DNA of 64,000 nucleotides from Octopus sinensis (lineage: Eukaryota): positions 19,468,001-19,532,000 of the forward strand of contig NC_043005.1 in NCBI RefSeq assembly GCF_006345805.1, in the 5' to 3' direction. The translations under genes were made by a program, and so were the position numbers. The notes under the pieces were generated by a model, which did no database searches, had not been told where the DNA came from, and saw only the letters and a list, made by a program, of their open reading frames with translations. Below are positions 15,331 through 29,011 of the stretch, in pieces. Within the stretch, counting starts at the first letter, position 1. Every line of letters starts with the position of its first letter.

Positions 15331-15709
15331 AGGCGCAATGGCCCAGTGGTTAGGGCAGCGGACTCGCGGTCGTAGGATCGCGGTTTCGATTCCCAGACCG
15401 GGCGTTGTGAGTGTTTATTGAGTGAAAACACCTAAAGCTCCACGAGGCTCCGGCAGGGGATGGTGGTGATCCCTGCTGTACTCTTTCACCACAACTTTCT
15501 CTCACTCTTACTTCCTGTTTCTGTTGTACCTGTATTTCAAAGGGCCGGCCTTGTAACTCTCTGTGTCACGCTGAATATCCCCGAGAACTACGTTAAGGGT
15601 ACACGTGTCTGTGGAGTGCTCAGCCACTTACACATTAATTTCACGAGCAGGCTGTCCCGTTGGTCGGATCAACCGGAACCCTCATCGTCGTAACCGACGG
15701 AGTGCTTCC
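15331..15709 (+). mobile_element. tRNA-derived SINE family C, near full length
   Basis: A-box tggcccagtggttag, B-box ggtttcgattccc, 3' end cctcatcgtcgtaaccgacggagtg; relatives at 28440-28750(+), 33950-34190(-). Confidence 0.85.
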
Positions 15710-15939
15710 CCATATATGATGATAGTTGTGCTCGATCCACGGTATTTCTGTCCGCTCCCGACATGCAGCCATGCTGATATTTTCTCAAACAAGTGACCAA
15801 ATGGCAATTGATCAGCACAAATTAGGGAGTCTTGAAAACTATCATTCGACAGTAAATAGTCTCACTTAAATCTGCTATTTTTAGCCTGCAACTGCTATAT
15901 TTAGCATGAAGGAGTAGTACTTATTTATTATAATAAATA

Positions 15940-16066
15940 TATATTTGCATACGCGCGCGCACACACATACACAAGACATATGTATATATATATATATATA
16001 TATATGCGTATATATATACATATGCGTATGTGTATATATGTATATATATATATACATGTATATGTA

Positions 16067-16112
<46 letters not shown>

Positions 16113-17115
16113 TATACGTACATATATATATATATATACATGTATATATATATGTATATATAAACAAATATACATATATACATATATATATGTACATATA
16201 AACATACATACATATATACATATATATATATATGTATATATAAACATATATACATATATACATATATATGTATATATAAACATATATACATATATATATG
16301 TGTGTATGTATATATATACATGTCTATATAAATATATATATATACACACATTCATACATAATTAGCAGATGACTAATTGCTCCACGCGTTTCACATACAG
16401 CCATTGCTTACAAATTTCCCGCAAAAGCAGTGGGTGGAATGAATGCACATAAGTAGCAATTAATTCTGAAGTAATTATATATGACATAAACTATTCCACT
16501 TAATACTGTTGAATCCTTTCCATAGTTTCTGGCTTTCTTTGTTTCTTGACAAAATTATATAATTACTTGTGTATGGGTATACCTCTGTGCGCATGTGCGT
16601 TTGTGTGAAAGAGAGAGAGGGTGAGAGAGTGAGATAGTTCGTATGTATGTATGTATGTATGTATTGTATGTATGTATGTATGTATGTATGTATGTATGTA
16701 TGTATGTATGTATGTATGTAGTATGTATGTATGATGTATGTATGTATGTATGTATGTATGTATGTATGTATGTGGTGTGTGTATGTATGTATGTATGTAT
16801 GTATGTATGTATGTATGTATGTATGTATTATGTATGTATGTATGTATGTGTGTATGTATGTATGTATGTATGTATGTATGTATGTATGTATGTGTGTGTT
16901 GTATGTATGTATGTATGTGTATGTATGTATGTATGTATGTGTTGTGTGTGTGTGTATGTATGTATGTATGTATGTATGTATGTATGTATGTATGTTGTGT
17001 GTGTATGTGTGTATGTATGTATGTATGTATGTATGTATGTATTGTATGTATGTATGTATGTATGTGTGTATGTATGTATGTATGTATGTATGTATGTATG
17101 TATATGTGTGTGTAT
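15940..17115. repeat. Long (TA/TACA)n (15940-16360) and (TATG)n (16640-17115) microsatellites
   Basis: Directly visible; source of the YIYI/HTYI pseudo-ORFs. Confidence 0.95.
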
Positions 17116-17444
17116 GCGTGCTTGTGTGTTCGCGTACAAACATGCCAAACTTTTCCAATGTTGAACAGAAGGATTCCCAATCGAAGCTGAGTTACAATTG
17201 ATTCAAAGTATTAAGACAGACTCACATGCACAGACACAAACGCATACACATACACACATGCATATGCCCCCTCCCTACACACACACACACACATAAATAC
17301 AATCACATAAACGCATATACACATACCAGTGATTCTTCTTTACTGTATGGTTTTCGTTCTATAAATGCTTTTTCCAGCCATATTTGATAATGGCTACTCG
17401 AGAATTGCCTATGAAGATTTCGATTTTGATTAAATAACATGTGG

Positions 17445-17470
17445 GTGGACAGACAGACAGACAGACAGAC

Positions 17471-17516
<46 letters not shown>

Positions 17517-17517
17517 T

Positions 17518-17557
<40 letters not shown>

Positions 17558-17562
17558 CAGAC

Positions 17563-17649
<87 letters not shown>

Positions 17650-17703
17650 TAGATAGACAGATAGATAGATAGACAGATAGACAGATATTTAGACAGATGG
17701 ATG

Positions 17704-17745
<42 letters not shown>
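17445..17745. repeat. (GATA)n/(GACA)n array, the tail of the adjacent Tx1-like element
   Basis: Directly visible. Confidence 0.95.
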
Positions 17746-17746
<1 letters not shown>

Positions 17747-19640
17747 TTTTATTATGGCCACACAGGGCTAAACACAGAAAATAGACAAAATACAACGTAG
17801 AGCTTTTCTTTTCGAGGTGGGATGGGTGGGACACACAAAGAAAAAGTTCGATCAATAGGGATCGTTGGGCTGTGTTGTGTACAAAAGAAAAAGAAAGAAA
17901 TATATAAAGTTCCCAAAAAAGGGGGGAGTCGATATTGTTCACCGTTTAGGTGTAGCCTTGGAGAGAAAAACCTACAAAAAAAACCAAGGTCACCTCAGGC
18001 AATTCAAAATGTACATAAGAGTAAGTACCTTTCCTCTCGTTTTTTCTGTTTGTCATAGATTTATGCATAAAATGGTGTCGTCTTTCCTAATTACCATTCT
18101 TGCCACATTTACCCATTTTTTATTGAAACTTTCATTCGACAACACTTTCCTCTCTATTCTCATCCTCCTCTTCAAGTGGTACTTGAAAAAGTTTACGAGA
18201 GACTGACCAGAGGGGAAAGTGTTTGTTTGTAAGCCTTTCAAACGCGTCCACACACATTCTTTCGCCATAGCTATCAGTGTTACGAAAACTGTTTTTCTTT
18301 CCCGTTTAAAGGAAGGTGGCGGAACAATATTCACGATAGACTCGGCTGATAAGCAGACTCGTCCCACACGCGACAACAGCCGTTCGACGAAGGTCCACAG
18401 CTCTGAAATATCTGGACACTGTACGAGTGCGTGCAGAACGGTTTCGTTGCTCTGACCGCATCTCGGGCAGGTCGGTCCGGTGGTTTTCGAACCGTGTCTG
18501 TAGATCTTCTCTCGAACTGGTAATGCGTCCCGATAGCATTGCCAAGCCAGGGATCTCTGGAAATTATCCATAGGCTCCGGCCAGAACATCGTCCTGAAAA
18601 GGCAGGTTAGGAGTTTCTCGTCGACACCCAGGTTTGCCCCGAGTGTGTCGTCGGACCTTCCCTCCACTAGTCCTCTATAGAACTCATTGGTCGTTTGAAA
18701 GTTGTTAAACAACAAGCACACCGTTGCATGCTTGACTCCCCTAGAGATATAATGGCTGGCAGATGTTCTGCCAACTCCTGCTCAATCATCTACTTGGAGA
18801 AGACGGTAATGATGTCGAGAACCTTCGAATACGTTCTCAACACCACCGTCCCCTCCTCTTCCTGACTGAGCCACTCCTTAGGTGGGACAATCTCCCACTC
18901 TACAATCTTATCCGTATTTTCTTTTGGCCATGTTTTAAATTTAAAAAATATAAATAAAGTCCAAAACAATAGTTCACAAAAAAAAAAGGAAAGAGAGAAT
19001 TCAAAAGGAAGAAGAAAAAAACAAGCAGTTCAATAAAAAGAAGTCACAATAGAAGAAGAAAACAACAGTTAAAAAAAACACAACAAAAATAATATTCTGA
19101 GCATTCAGGTACTCCAAGCCCTATGGTATTCCAATTTGAACCTGAACTGCTCCACTTGAAATACAGCTTTCCGACGTAGTTGTAAAATACAAACAGCGAA
19201 CGACTTTTGGTGACAGGATACGTCACCAAACTATACTTCTCACAACGAGAAAAATTCTCACTTCATGTGAACACTTGAAATACAGTTTTCCAATTATGGT
19301 AAATGTTGTTGTAAAAACATACACTGTTAAAAAGTGAACAATTTTTTATTGAATGATACGTCCACCAAACTGTACTTCACACAATGAGAAAATATTTTCA
19401 GTTAATATGAACCATGTTGCTGAACCGCAAGTAGACCAACATCCTGAATCCAGTGAGGATTCCTTGTTTGTAAAAAATATAAGCACAGACAACGACCCTC
19501 ACTGGGTCCAAGAGAAAGAAATCTTACCTTGCAGCAGCTGCTTTTGGCAGGCTAAACACTGCCGGCAATCTTCTTCAGTGCACAACACAGTGACACATGC
19601 GCACAGTGACAACAAAGACTAATGGGAAGTCTCAAAGACT
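17746..19640 (-). mobile_element. Internally deleted Tx1/L1-like LINE (5' UTR + ORF1 start joined to ORF2 C-terminus)
   Basis: ORF 18053-18721 has CPRCGQSNETVLHALVQC zinc-knuckle (zf-RVT type); 18745-18905 reads KIVEWEIVPPKEWLSQEEEGTVVLRTYSKV (ORF1-like, inferred); intact 3' end at 17746. Confidence 0.75.
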
Positions 19641-19687
19641 CATGGGTAGGTAAGCAAGCTACTTACCACGCAGCCACTCCTGCGCCT
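19641..19687 (-). mobile_element. Isolated tRNA-like head of SINE family B abutting the Tx1 5' end
   Basis: aggcgcaggagtggctgcgtggtaagtagcttgcttacc, as at 50417. Confidence 0.8.
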
Positions 19688-21274
19688 ATAGTTATATTTA
19701 GGATATGAAATTATTTCTTTTACATCTCTCTCATAAATTCCTCGAAATATAGGAATAATTTAATTGCTTGAGTTAGTTTTTAGTTCAAACCTTAAGCCGG
19801 GTATGAGACAGAGTGAGAAAGAGAGAGACAGAAGCAGAGACAGAGACAGAGACATACAGACAGACAGACAGACTGAGAAAGAGAGAGATAGAGATATAGA
19901 GATAGAGAGAAAGAGCCAAAGAGAGAGAAAGACAGACAGACAGAGCCTGAATGTGTTTGGAAGACAGTAAGTTGTTTATTGAATAGTAATAAGTGTTTGA
20001 GCATAGAAAAGGATAAAGGCCAGATAAGAAGGCATAATCGGTATTAGAATACAGATAACTGGTACAACGTATGTATATAGTCTCAGGTTACCTATTTGTC
20101 TTCTGTTCATGAAGGAGAAGGGATTAGACACGATGAAGTATTAGGTGGCGGTGAAGTGTAATAAATACGTCTTTGGATAAGGTGGTTGACAAACACAACT
20201 GGTTTGATAGAGAGAAGTAGAAATAAGCGTTGAAGACAATTATTGGGATGGATGCACAGAAAATGGTAGAAGATAAAAGAATAATCATTTGTATAAAATT
20301 AAATTTACTAAATGCCACAGAACCGAACGTATCTTACATTAAATTGCATTTATGGACGAGTAGGTTAATATTGGCGTGGAAGCGTAAGTGAAAGCCCGAT
20401 TGTTTGGGTGTACGCCGTTGGGGGTATGTTTGTGAGATAAACTGTGCGATAGTGTGTGTGTATGTGTGTGTGTGTGGTGTGTGTGACAGTATGTGCGTGT
20501 GTAGGTGGGTGTGTTTGTGACAGTATGTGCGCGTGTGAGTGTGTGTGTGTGTATGTATGTGTGTGTGTGACAGTATGTGCGTATGTAAGTGTGCGCGCGC
20601 TTGTGCATATGGGTGATATGTGCTTGCTTGGATGTGGGTGTATAGGTTGGCGGGCTTGGACAGGTGCATATATATATGTGGGTTTTGGGTGCGTGAGTGT
20701 ATGTGTGGGTTGTTTGCTAGAACATATAATGTGTGTGTGTGTACGTGTATGTATATATATATAATATATAATATATATTATATATATATATATATATATC
20801 CGTTTACATGCATATATGTTTACGTGTATATATATATATATAGATAAATAAATATTTATATACATACGCACACATATATTTATACATATATACAGTGAGA
20901 GAGAGAACGAGAGAGAGAGAGTAATATGCATATACCTATATATGGATACATAAACACTCATTGACACACCTACAAACCTATCTGCACCTGCTGATACTTA
21001 CACATCTGTGAATCTATACATATTTCTATACATAAATATATATATTAACACAAAATACACACCTGTAAATATTTTCGTAATTGTATTACGTTGGTTGTCT
21101 TATAGGTAGTAATATTTCTTGATTTATGCTTTATGTTCAGACATAATGATAACGATACTAGATTATTCATTTATGGCTTGAATGGGAGATAGGTATATGA
21201 ATAAATTACTCACGGCGGATGACAGGTGAGATATTAATAAATGTATCACGTATGTGCATCAATGCATACATGCA

Positions 21275-21305
<31 letters not shown>

Positions 21306-21439
21306 TATACATGCACGCTAGCAAACACAGATAAACGCTAGCAAACACAGATAAACAAATACACACACACATGCACAGACATACATATACACACACACGC
21401 AGACACACAAATGTTGATTTCACATTTTGGTACGAGGCC

Positions 21440-21650
21440 AGTAATTTTGGAAGGTGTGTGTGTCGGTGGTGGTGGGGTGGGGTGGGTTAGGGGGTTAAGT
21501 CGATTGCAACGACCTCGGTGCTCAAATTGTACTCATTTTTATCGATCCCTAAAGGATGAAACGCAATATTGACCCTCGCAGCATTTGATTTCAGATCGTT
21601 AAGTCGAAAGAAATGCTGCTGGGCATTTTGTTCGATGCGCTAACGATTCC
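21440..21650 (-). mobile_element. SINE family A, decayed
   Basis: atcgatccctaaaggatgaaacgcaatattgacc block on plus strand. Confidence 0.7.
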
Positions 21651-21701
21651 TGCACACACACACACACACACAAACACAAACGTATTATTTTTTAAGTAAT
21701 A

Positions 21702-21828
21702 ATACAGAGTGGGCCAAAAGACACGTACAAAATACTGACGTTTTATTTGTATTGTTACTACTATTCAGTTCCATATAAATTAAGCGAGTTTCAAACATGG
21801 TGCGTCACTTTTGTCCCACTGTCTGTAC
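21702..21828. mobile_element. Possible TA-flanked Tc1/mariner MITE
   Basis: tacagagtgggccaaaag ... cttttgtcccactgtctgta imperfect TIR. Confidence 0.35.
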
Positions 21829-21870
21829 ATATGTATGTACTATAGATTCTCCCGTCATTATCTATGTATA

Positions 21871-21925
<55 letters not shown>

Positions 21926-22417
21926 ATATATATAGATTAGATAGAGACAATATATATATATATATATTATATATATATATATATATACATACATATATAC
22001 ATATATATATTATTATACATACATATATACATATATACCACATATATATTATATATATATATATATGATATATATATATAGATTATATATTATATATTAT
22101 ACATATATATATACATACATATATATATATATAATATATACATACATATATACCTTGTTCGAAGGTTATATGGATACAGTTTGTGTATCAAATAGCTAAC
22201 TTAAGGCGATGGCCTCATGGAGCTAATAAGCGACAGCTTTATTCTTATTTTTATAAGAATGCCATATTAGTATGGCGATAACTATTATTTCCAGGAACGT
22301 GCCGTGTTCTCTTTTAGAGAGACTTAGTAATTTTAATATTTCTATTATATATATATATATAATATATATATACTATATATATATATATATATAATATATA
22401 TCTATATATATATATTA

Positions 22418-22460
<43 letters not shown>

Positions 22461-22499
22461 GGCAATGAAAGACGGAAGATGGAAAGTGACCGTGCTTTA

Positions 22500-24250
22500 C
22501 CAGTAAGCTACCGGGTGTAAATCATTCAGACAAGTGAACGAACCAGTGGACTTCTTTGCCGCCTCACCTATGACCAGCGAGACAGTTACAATAAAATACA
22601 ATGACATTAGCGAAGAAGATGTACTACTAGCCATAGATGAAGTGGACACAAACTCAACTGCTGGTCCTGATGGATCCCAGCAATCCTCCTCAAATCGTGT
22701 AAAAATGCCCTGGCAAAACCCCTCAAGATTCTCTTCCAGAGCTTTCTTACAAATGTCAAACTGCTAAGCAAGCTGAAGGAGGGAATAATATGCCCAATAC
22801 ATAAAGGGGGAAGTAGAGCAGATGTTAAAAACTATAGGCCTATCTCTCTGACTTCACATATCAGCAAAGTCATGGAACGGATAGTCAGAGGGAAACTAAT
22901 CGCATTCCTTGAGGAAAATAACTTGCTAAATGATACCCAACATGATTTTCGACCAGGTAGGAACTGCCTGACCCAGCTCTTACAACATTATGACTGGGTG
23001 TTGAGGCAGTTATTCAACAAATCAAATGTGGATGTAATATACCTTGATTTTGCAAAAGCTTTTGACAAGGTAGATCATGGTATGATATGCCACAAACTGC
23101 GTGACGTTGGCATACCTGGAAAACTTGGAGTGTGGTTACATGACTTCCTGAAAGATAGGAGTCAGGCAGTGGTGGCTAATAGAGCCACCTCTATGAACAC
23201 ACAAATAGTAAGCGGTGTTCCACAGGGCACTGTCTTGGGATCACTGCTTTTTATAGTGGCTCTCTCAGATATGCCCTCAAATGCCCGGCTAGTCACTCTG
23301 GCAAGCTATGCAAATGATACGAAAGTCTCACAGAAAATACAGAACCCAAGCGATGTTGCACACCTGCTGCAGGAGTTGGACTCAATTTACAGATGGGCTG
23401 AGGATAATAATATGCAGTTTAATGCTACCAGCATCCAAAACTGAATATTAAACCTACAGGGTACTCCGATCCACAGGGAATTTCAATCCCAGAGCCTAAG
23501 TCAGTGAGGGACCTGGGTATCGACATGAGTGATGATACCTCTTTCCAAGTGCACATTACCAGGATGGTCACAAAGTGCAGACGACTAGCTGGATGGATCC
23601 TAAGAACATTCAGAACCAGAGATGATGGTCCTCTAGCGGACATTCGTCCTCAGCTGCCTGGATTACTGCTCACAGCTATGGTCACCCACCAGTGTGAGAT
23701 TAACAGCGGACGTTGAAGCAATCCAGAGAAGATTCACAAAGAAGATCTCTCTTTGCAGCAGCTCAGCTACTGGGAAAGGTTGAAACAGCTAAGACTCTAC
23801 TACCTGGAGAGAAGACGGGAGAGGTATGCAGTAATATATATCTGGAAGATCCTGGAAGGAATTGTGCCAAATTTTGGCATTGAAAGCTACACCAATGCCA
23901 GAACGGGACGACACTGCATGGTGACAAAGATCCCAGCAATGCCATCACGCTTCAGGACCAGCTTCTGCAACAGCCTGGGTTTCAAGGGCCCACAGCTTTT
24001 TAATATTCTCCCAAAGAGACTGAGGAACTTGCACAAAGTAGATGTAGGGGTTTTTAAATCAAAGCTGGACCTCTTCCTGTCGGGAGTTCCAGATAAGCCT
24101 ACCTCACGGCAAGAGGTGCAAATGAGGGTAGCTATATCAAACTCCATTCTTCATCAAGTGCCACACATTAGAGGAGGCTCCTAGTAATAACAGTGTAGCG
24201 CAAAACGGCGGTGCATCAGCATGGCCGCAGCTCTTAGCTGAAACTTAATT
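22500..24250 (+). mobile_element. 5'-truncated CR1-group LINE (RT through 3' UTR), frameshifted
   Basis: YRPISLTSHISKVMERIV, IYLDFAKAFDKVDH, SGVPQGTVLG, YANDTK, LSYWERLKQLRLYYLERRRER, VPDKPT. Confidence 0.9.
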
Positions 24251-24257
24251 ATATATA

Positions 24258-24297
<40 letters not shown>

Positions 24298-24331
24298 TAT
24301 TATACTTTATTAAAAAGCATAAAAATATCAC

Positions 24332-24376
24332 AAAAACTGTTACTCGGAGTTTCACGTTCCGTTCGTCGACAGTTTT
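24332..24376 (-). ncRNA. Minimal HHR, GNRA-loop family (one core base missing)
   Basis: aaaactgt-c(.)gacga-acg-gaa-cgt-gaa-actccgagt-a-acagtttt. Confidence 0.55.
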
Positions 24377-24553
24377 GTTTAGATTTAACAAAACTCGTAT
24401 TCGAGTACTATTTTTTCCACCTTGTTTCGCATTATGTGCTTACTCTGGTATATAAATATGTATATATATAATATATTATATATATATATATATAATATTA
24501 TATATATATATATATATATATGTATATACTTCCAGAGGTAGATACATACATGC

Positions 24554-24603
24554 ATACATACCTGACGAGAGGTCAATACCTCGAAACTCGAGTCCGTGTG
24601 TAT
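24554..24603 (+). ncRNA. Minimal type I hammerhead ribozyme, canonical core
   Basis: ATACATAC|CTGACGA|GAGG-tcaata-CCTC|GAA|ACTCGAGT|C|c-GTGTGTAT. Confidence 0.75.
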
Positions 24604-24891
24604 CATAAGTTGAAGACGGGAAGGATGATCCCTTTGCAAATACTGACAGGACACAGAAAGTGTGTCTATGGCCAGCTGGAGGAGTGTGTCCTCCTGGGGC
24701 TAAAAACTACAGTAGCATCCACCCTTAGGGTTAGCCATATTGAAATGGCAAAAATACGTCACGTTATATATATATAATATATAATATATATATATATATC
24801 TATATATATATATATATGTAGGTCCGGGTTGATTCGGGGTTAACCACAGTAAATAAGGTACTCAATACATAGCAGAGTAAAATTAATTTAT

Positions 24892-25005
24892 TATATAGAA
24901 GGAGCTTCTACAGGACTAGAACTGTTTCATTCAAGAGAAATCTTCAGGAGCTTCTGAAGTTTCTCTGAATGAAAACAGTTCTGTCCTGTAAGAAGCCATC
25001 TATAT
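24892..25005. repeat. Short head-to-head foldback with decayed HHR-like ctgaaga..gaaacagtt
   Basis: tagaaggagcttctacaggactagaactgtttcattc / gaatgaaaacagttctgtcctgtaagaagccatcta. Confidence 0.75.
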
Positions 25006-25006
25006 A

Positions 25007-25049
<43 letters not shown>

Positions 25050-25422
25050 AAAAAAATGCAAACTGGGACAAGAACGCAAAACATTTAGAAGACGATACAA
25101 AATAACACGGACGGGACATTCGAAGCCTTCAATCTTCAGTCAAGAACCGGATCATTCTCGCAATTTCGACTGATTAATCTTGAGATCGCTCCGATCCGGC
25201 CAGCTCCAAGAAAAAACTAAGCTACGAGCATTAGATTTCTTGGAAAAAGGATCGAATGTATACGAAACAAGGACAGAAAAACGGACGATGCCACACGAAT
25301 ATAAATACAAGAATCAATAATAGTAATAACAGGACAAAAACAGCGGGTGTTTTACGACTATAGACAGTACATATATATACCAAATGAGAAAATGGAGGAA
25401 TAGATTTTAATCAATTATCAAC

Positions 25423-25551
<129 letters not shown>

Positions 25552-25884
25552 TATATGTATGCATGTGTATATGTAATGTGAGATAATAATTTCATTTTTA
25601 ATAGTTTCACTATGTATATATCATATACATAGTGAAACTATTATCTCTTCACAATAGCGATGTTATTGTTTCACTTTTAGCACGTAATACCGAAACAGTA
25701 AGAGATTGTTCCGGGTTCGCTTTAGGCTAGAAGAAGAACCCTAAGCATGTGTAAAATTTGAATGAAATCGTTGGGGGTAGTTCTCGAGTTTTAGTGATAT
25801 ACACTTATAGACACAAAGACAGACAGACAGACACACACACACACACACACAGACACACACACACACATTCTCAGTTTTATATAC

Positions 25885-26290
25885 ATAGGCGCCTGCTTGC
25901 TTCTCAACCAGATGATTGCGGGTTCAGTTCCACGGCATGGCCCCTTAGGCAAGTGTCTCCTACTATAGCCTCGGCCCAACCAAAGCTTTGTGAGTGGATT
26001 TGGTAGGCAGAAACTGAAAGAACCCCTTCGTGTATGTGTGTGTGTGTGTGTGCAATTATATATCTATATGTGTGTGCCTGCATTTGTTCACCCATTATCT
26101 GTGTTTGTTTCCCCACAACCGATGTTTGTATGTTTACATCCCCGTAACTTAGCAGTTCGGTAAAAAAAAACCGATAGAAAAAGTACTAGACTTACGAAGA
26201 ATAAGTCCTAAGGTCGATTTTTTTCGACTAAAGGCGGTGCTTCACATGACTGCAGTCAAATGAGTGAAACGCATAAAAGAGTAAAAAGTT
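25885..26290 (+). mobile_element. CORE-like SINE family B
   Basis: ggttcagttcc, ccccttaggcaagtgtctcctactatagcc, tail ggcggtgcttcacatgactgcagtcaaatgagtgaaac. Confidence 0.85.
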
Positions 26291-26480
26291 TATATATATA
26301 TATACACACACACACTGAGTCATTTTCTTTTTGTGCCTTTAAAACGAAAGCTGATATCAAGAACCTTATAAAGATGACAAAGCAACTCAATAAGTAGTGG
26401 AGTGGGACTGTGAAAAGAAAACCCGTCAAACACATTCAAACGCAGGAAAACAGGTGTGATATAATAAGGACAATGATATA

Positions 26481-26988
26481 TCTATATATATAAAACTGTA
26501 GTTGTGTGAGTGTCTGTCCCCTTCGATTTAGATTCCTAACTACTCCCACATTTTGCGGTGCAGTTTAACCAAATTCGGGTATCTTATAGTCGTGATTCAT
26601 ATCAAGCCCGTCTGGCTATTAGCGCGTGTCTACGATGAGTCTACGATTTTAAAAATAATTTAACATAATTTTTTATTCCATTTTAATGCATAATTTTTCG
26701 TGTGTCGATGGCGGCGGAGTTGGCGTCCATGGTCACACCTGCACCTGTTGCCTTCTCCCCCTTCCCTCCCTCGTGAAGCTGTGGGAAGGGAGTGTAAGGA
26801 AATCAACGTCGTAAAGCGTTGTCAAGGAGACCAGCGTTCTTTTAGAACAACGACTTCATGGCTTGAAGACACCAAAACAGAAATGGCTAAGAAAGCCCGA
26901 ATTGGCATCTATAAGGGAAGTAACTCTCTAAAAATGTTTATATAGTTATTTCCCTTACAAAACGAGCAACGCTAGGCGATACTGCTAG
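26481..26988 (+). mobile_element. Non-autonomous Helitron-like element
   Basis: Starts A^TCtatatatataaaactg; ends gagcaacgctaggcgatactgCTAG^T (subterminal hairpin, CTAG, AT target). Confidence 0.6.
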
Positions 26989-27017
26989 TATATATATATA
27001 TATATATTATATAATAT

Positions 27018-27088
<71 letters not shown>

Positions 27089-27719
27089 AAGCGAAACTAT
27101 GCCATTGATTCATTTTTTTATTTCGTGCGAAATAGCATTAATGGATATTTAACTGAGTACACATCCCTCAGTTCGTCCGGCCATACATACATACCTATGG
27201 TTATTACCTAACATTCTACCATGCTGTGGGCCTATAGATTTTGGCCACATGCATCTCTTTGTTCTTCGGGATAAGAGTACTCCGACCAGCCGTCAGCCAA
27301 TCTGGTATATCTAATTGAGCGTCCATTGCTCTTTTAAACAGGGTCATGAGAAATTCCCTGTTGAACGTGTGCTTTTATACCAGTAACCTACTATCAGCTC
27401 TCTACCAGGTGATTATCCATTCGGCAGTTATATAATAACCGTCAGGAATGATTCACTGATGATGTTATATATTCTGGGAGTGGATTTACACAATACTCAC
27501 TTCATAGTTCGTTTAACCATGTTAAACTACAGGTAACTGAAGTAATTAAAATTTCCAGATTCCCTGTTAGAATGACTCTAGGTCTTCCTGTGAAGGAGAA
27601 TGTACTACCTTGATGATATCGCCTTTCATACTGCAATATACAGCGTGTGGGTTTCGGGCAAGCTTTCGGTGTATCATTCATCATTCATGTAATTTTTTTT
27701 ACAGGAACTAATTTTTTCA

Positions 27720-28430
27720 CTTACCGTTCGTAGATCGTGTTTGGAGATGATTAGTTTGCTTGTGAGTGGTTCTTGGCGGCAATCCTTATATAGTTTGGAG
27801 AATATATGTCATGCAGTCGTAGCTGGCGATTCGTGAATTCATTTTTAGCTTTGCATTTGATGATAGTGTCCAACTGTCTGATCTTTTTCCTATGTCGATG
27901 ATGATATTTTGGAGAGAGATAATCCACTTTGTCTCAGTTTTATCCTGTGGATCAGTCTCTTTTACTCCTATCTGCTGGTGCACAGTCACTGCGGTACAAT
28001 AGATCAGGAAATTTCTTATCCAAAAGCTAGGAGCTTGAATTTGTGCTAGTTGTTCTCTCACAAATTTGTCGATCGCAGATAACATCATGCAGTGCTTTAT
28101 GTATATAAGTAGTGAAGTTCTGCTTGAACTCCGACGCAACCTGTAGTTATTATTTTCATACTTGTCACTTGTTTTTTTCTTTGTGGAATCATGAGTGGTT
28201 GCCACATGTCCGTGTATTGGCGGATGTTTGATTTTGCTGTGTTGTTAATATGTGTATTATCATTTGTGCGTTTTGGTTAAGTAGTTTTGTTTGATAAGGT
28301 GGGTATTTCTTTTCAAACACTGTAGATTCCTGGCGTAATTGTTGTGCCGAAAAATTTGATAATATTGGTTATTCCTTATCCCAATATTTTTCAAGTATCT
28401 TCATGTAACCTATCGAGGGATCATCGCAAG
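27720..28430 (-). mobile_element. R4/Dong-like N-terminal region, decayed
   Basis: GYMKILEKYWDKE, LIYCTAVTVHQQIG...TKWIISLQNII..IGK aligns by eye to LVYAAATAATKEAG...TLWINNIQNKIQKMRK at 12780-12920. Confidence 0.6.
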
Positions 28431-28439
28431 CCTTTCTGT

Positions 28440-28750
28440 AAAACTGGTATAATGGTTAGGATATTCGGTTCCTTATCGTAATGTCCTGAGTTCAATTTCC
28501 AGCCACGCGTTGAGTCCTTGAGCAAGACATTTTATTTCACGTTGCTTCAGTCCACTTAGCTGGCAAAAACGAGCAGTACCTGTATATCAAAGGTGTAGCC
28601 TTGTCAGGTTCTGTGTCATGCTGATTCTCCCTGAGAACTATATTAAGGATGCACATGTCTGCGAAATGCTCATCCACTTGCACGTTAATTTCATGAGCAG
28701 ACGGTTCCACCCGTTACCACTCTCGTCATCATTATAGACGAAGCGTCGGT
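28440..28750 (+). mobile_element. SINE family C relative
   Basis: tRNA-like head, gtccttgagcaagac, ctccctgagaactatattaagg block. Confidence 0.75.
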
Positions 28751-29011
28751 ACTCAAAGAAGATGACCATTTCTTTTACCAGGCTTGTGTTAATAGCAAAA
28801 ATTATAGGGGATAGTATTCATTATGCGGTAGAATGAATTGTTCCCTGTGCCAACGTGCCTGTATACGACGCCATGATATGTATGTATGTATGTATGTATG
28901 CATACGTATACGTATATATAGACACAACACACTGCCCGGTCAGGGAATAGAAACCACGATCTTGCGATCTAAGTGCAACGCTCTAAATAATAGGTCATGC
29001 GCCTTTACATT

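Noticed and set aside
15331-15410. tRNA-like sequence (also 36592-36660, 50417, 56297)
   Set aside because: A/B boxes run into SINE bodies with no complete cloverleaf; these are SINE heads, not tRNA genes
19535-19590. HHR-like ctgaaga..ggcag/ctgcc..agcagctgct on minus strand
   Set aside because: AAAA instead of GAAA, G at position 17, stem I out of register
20124-20318. Hydrophobic 64-aa ORF resembling a membrane protein fragment
   Set aside because: No recognisable motif or splice sites; expected by chance in T-rich DNA
25100-25150. ctgaaga..gaagg-cttc-gaa motif (minus) in a PLE-like repeat
   Set aside because: GAAU rather than GAAA and no stem III; kept out of the HHR count
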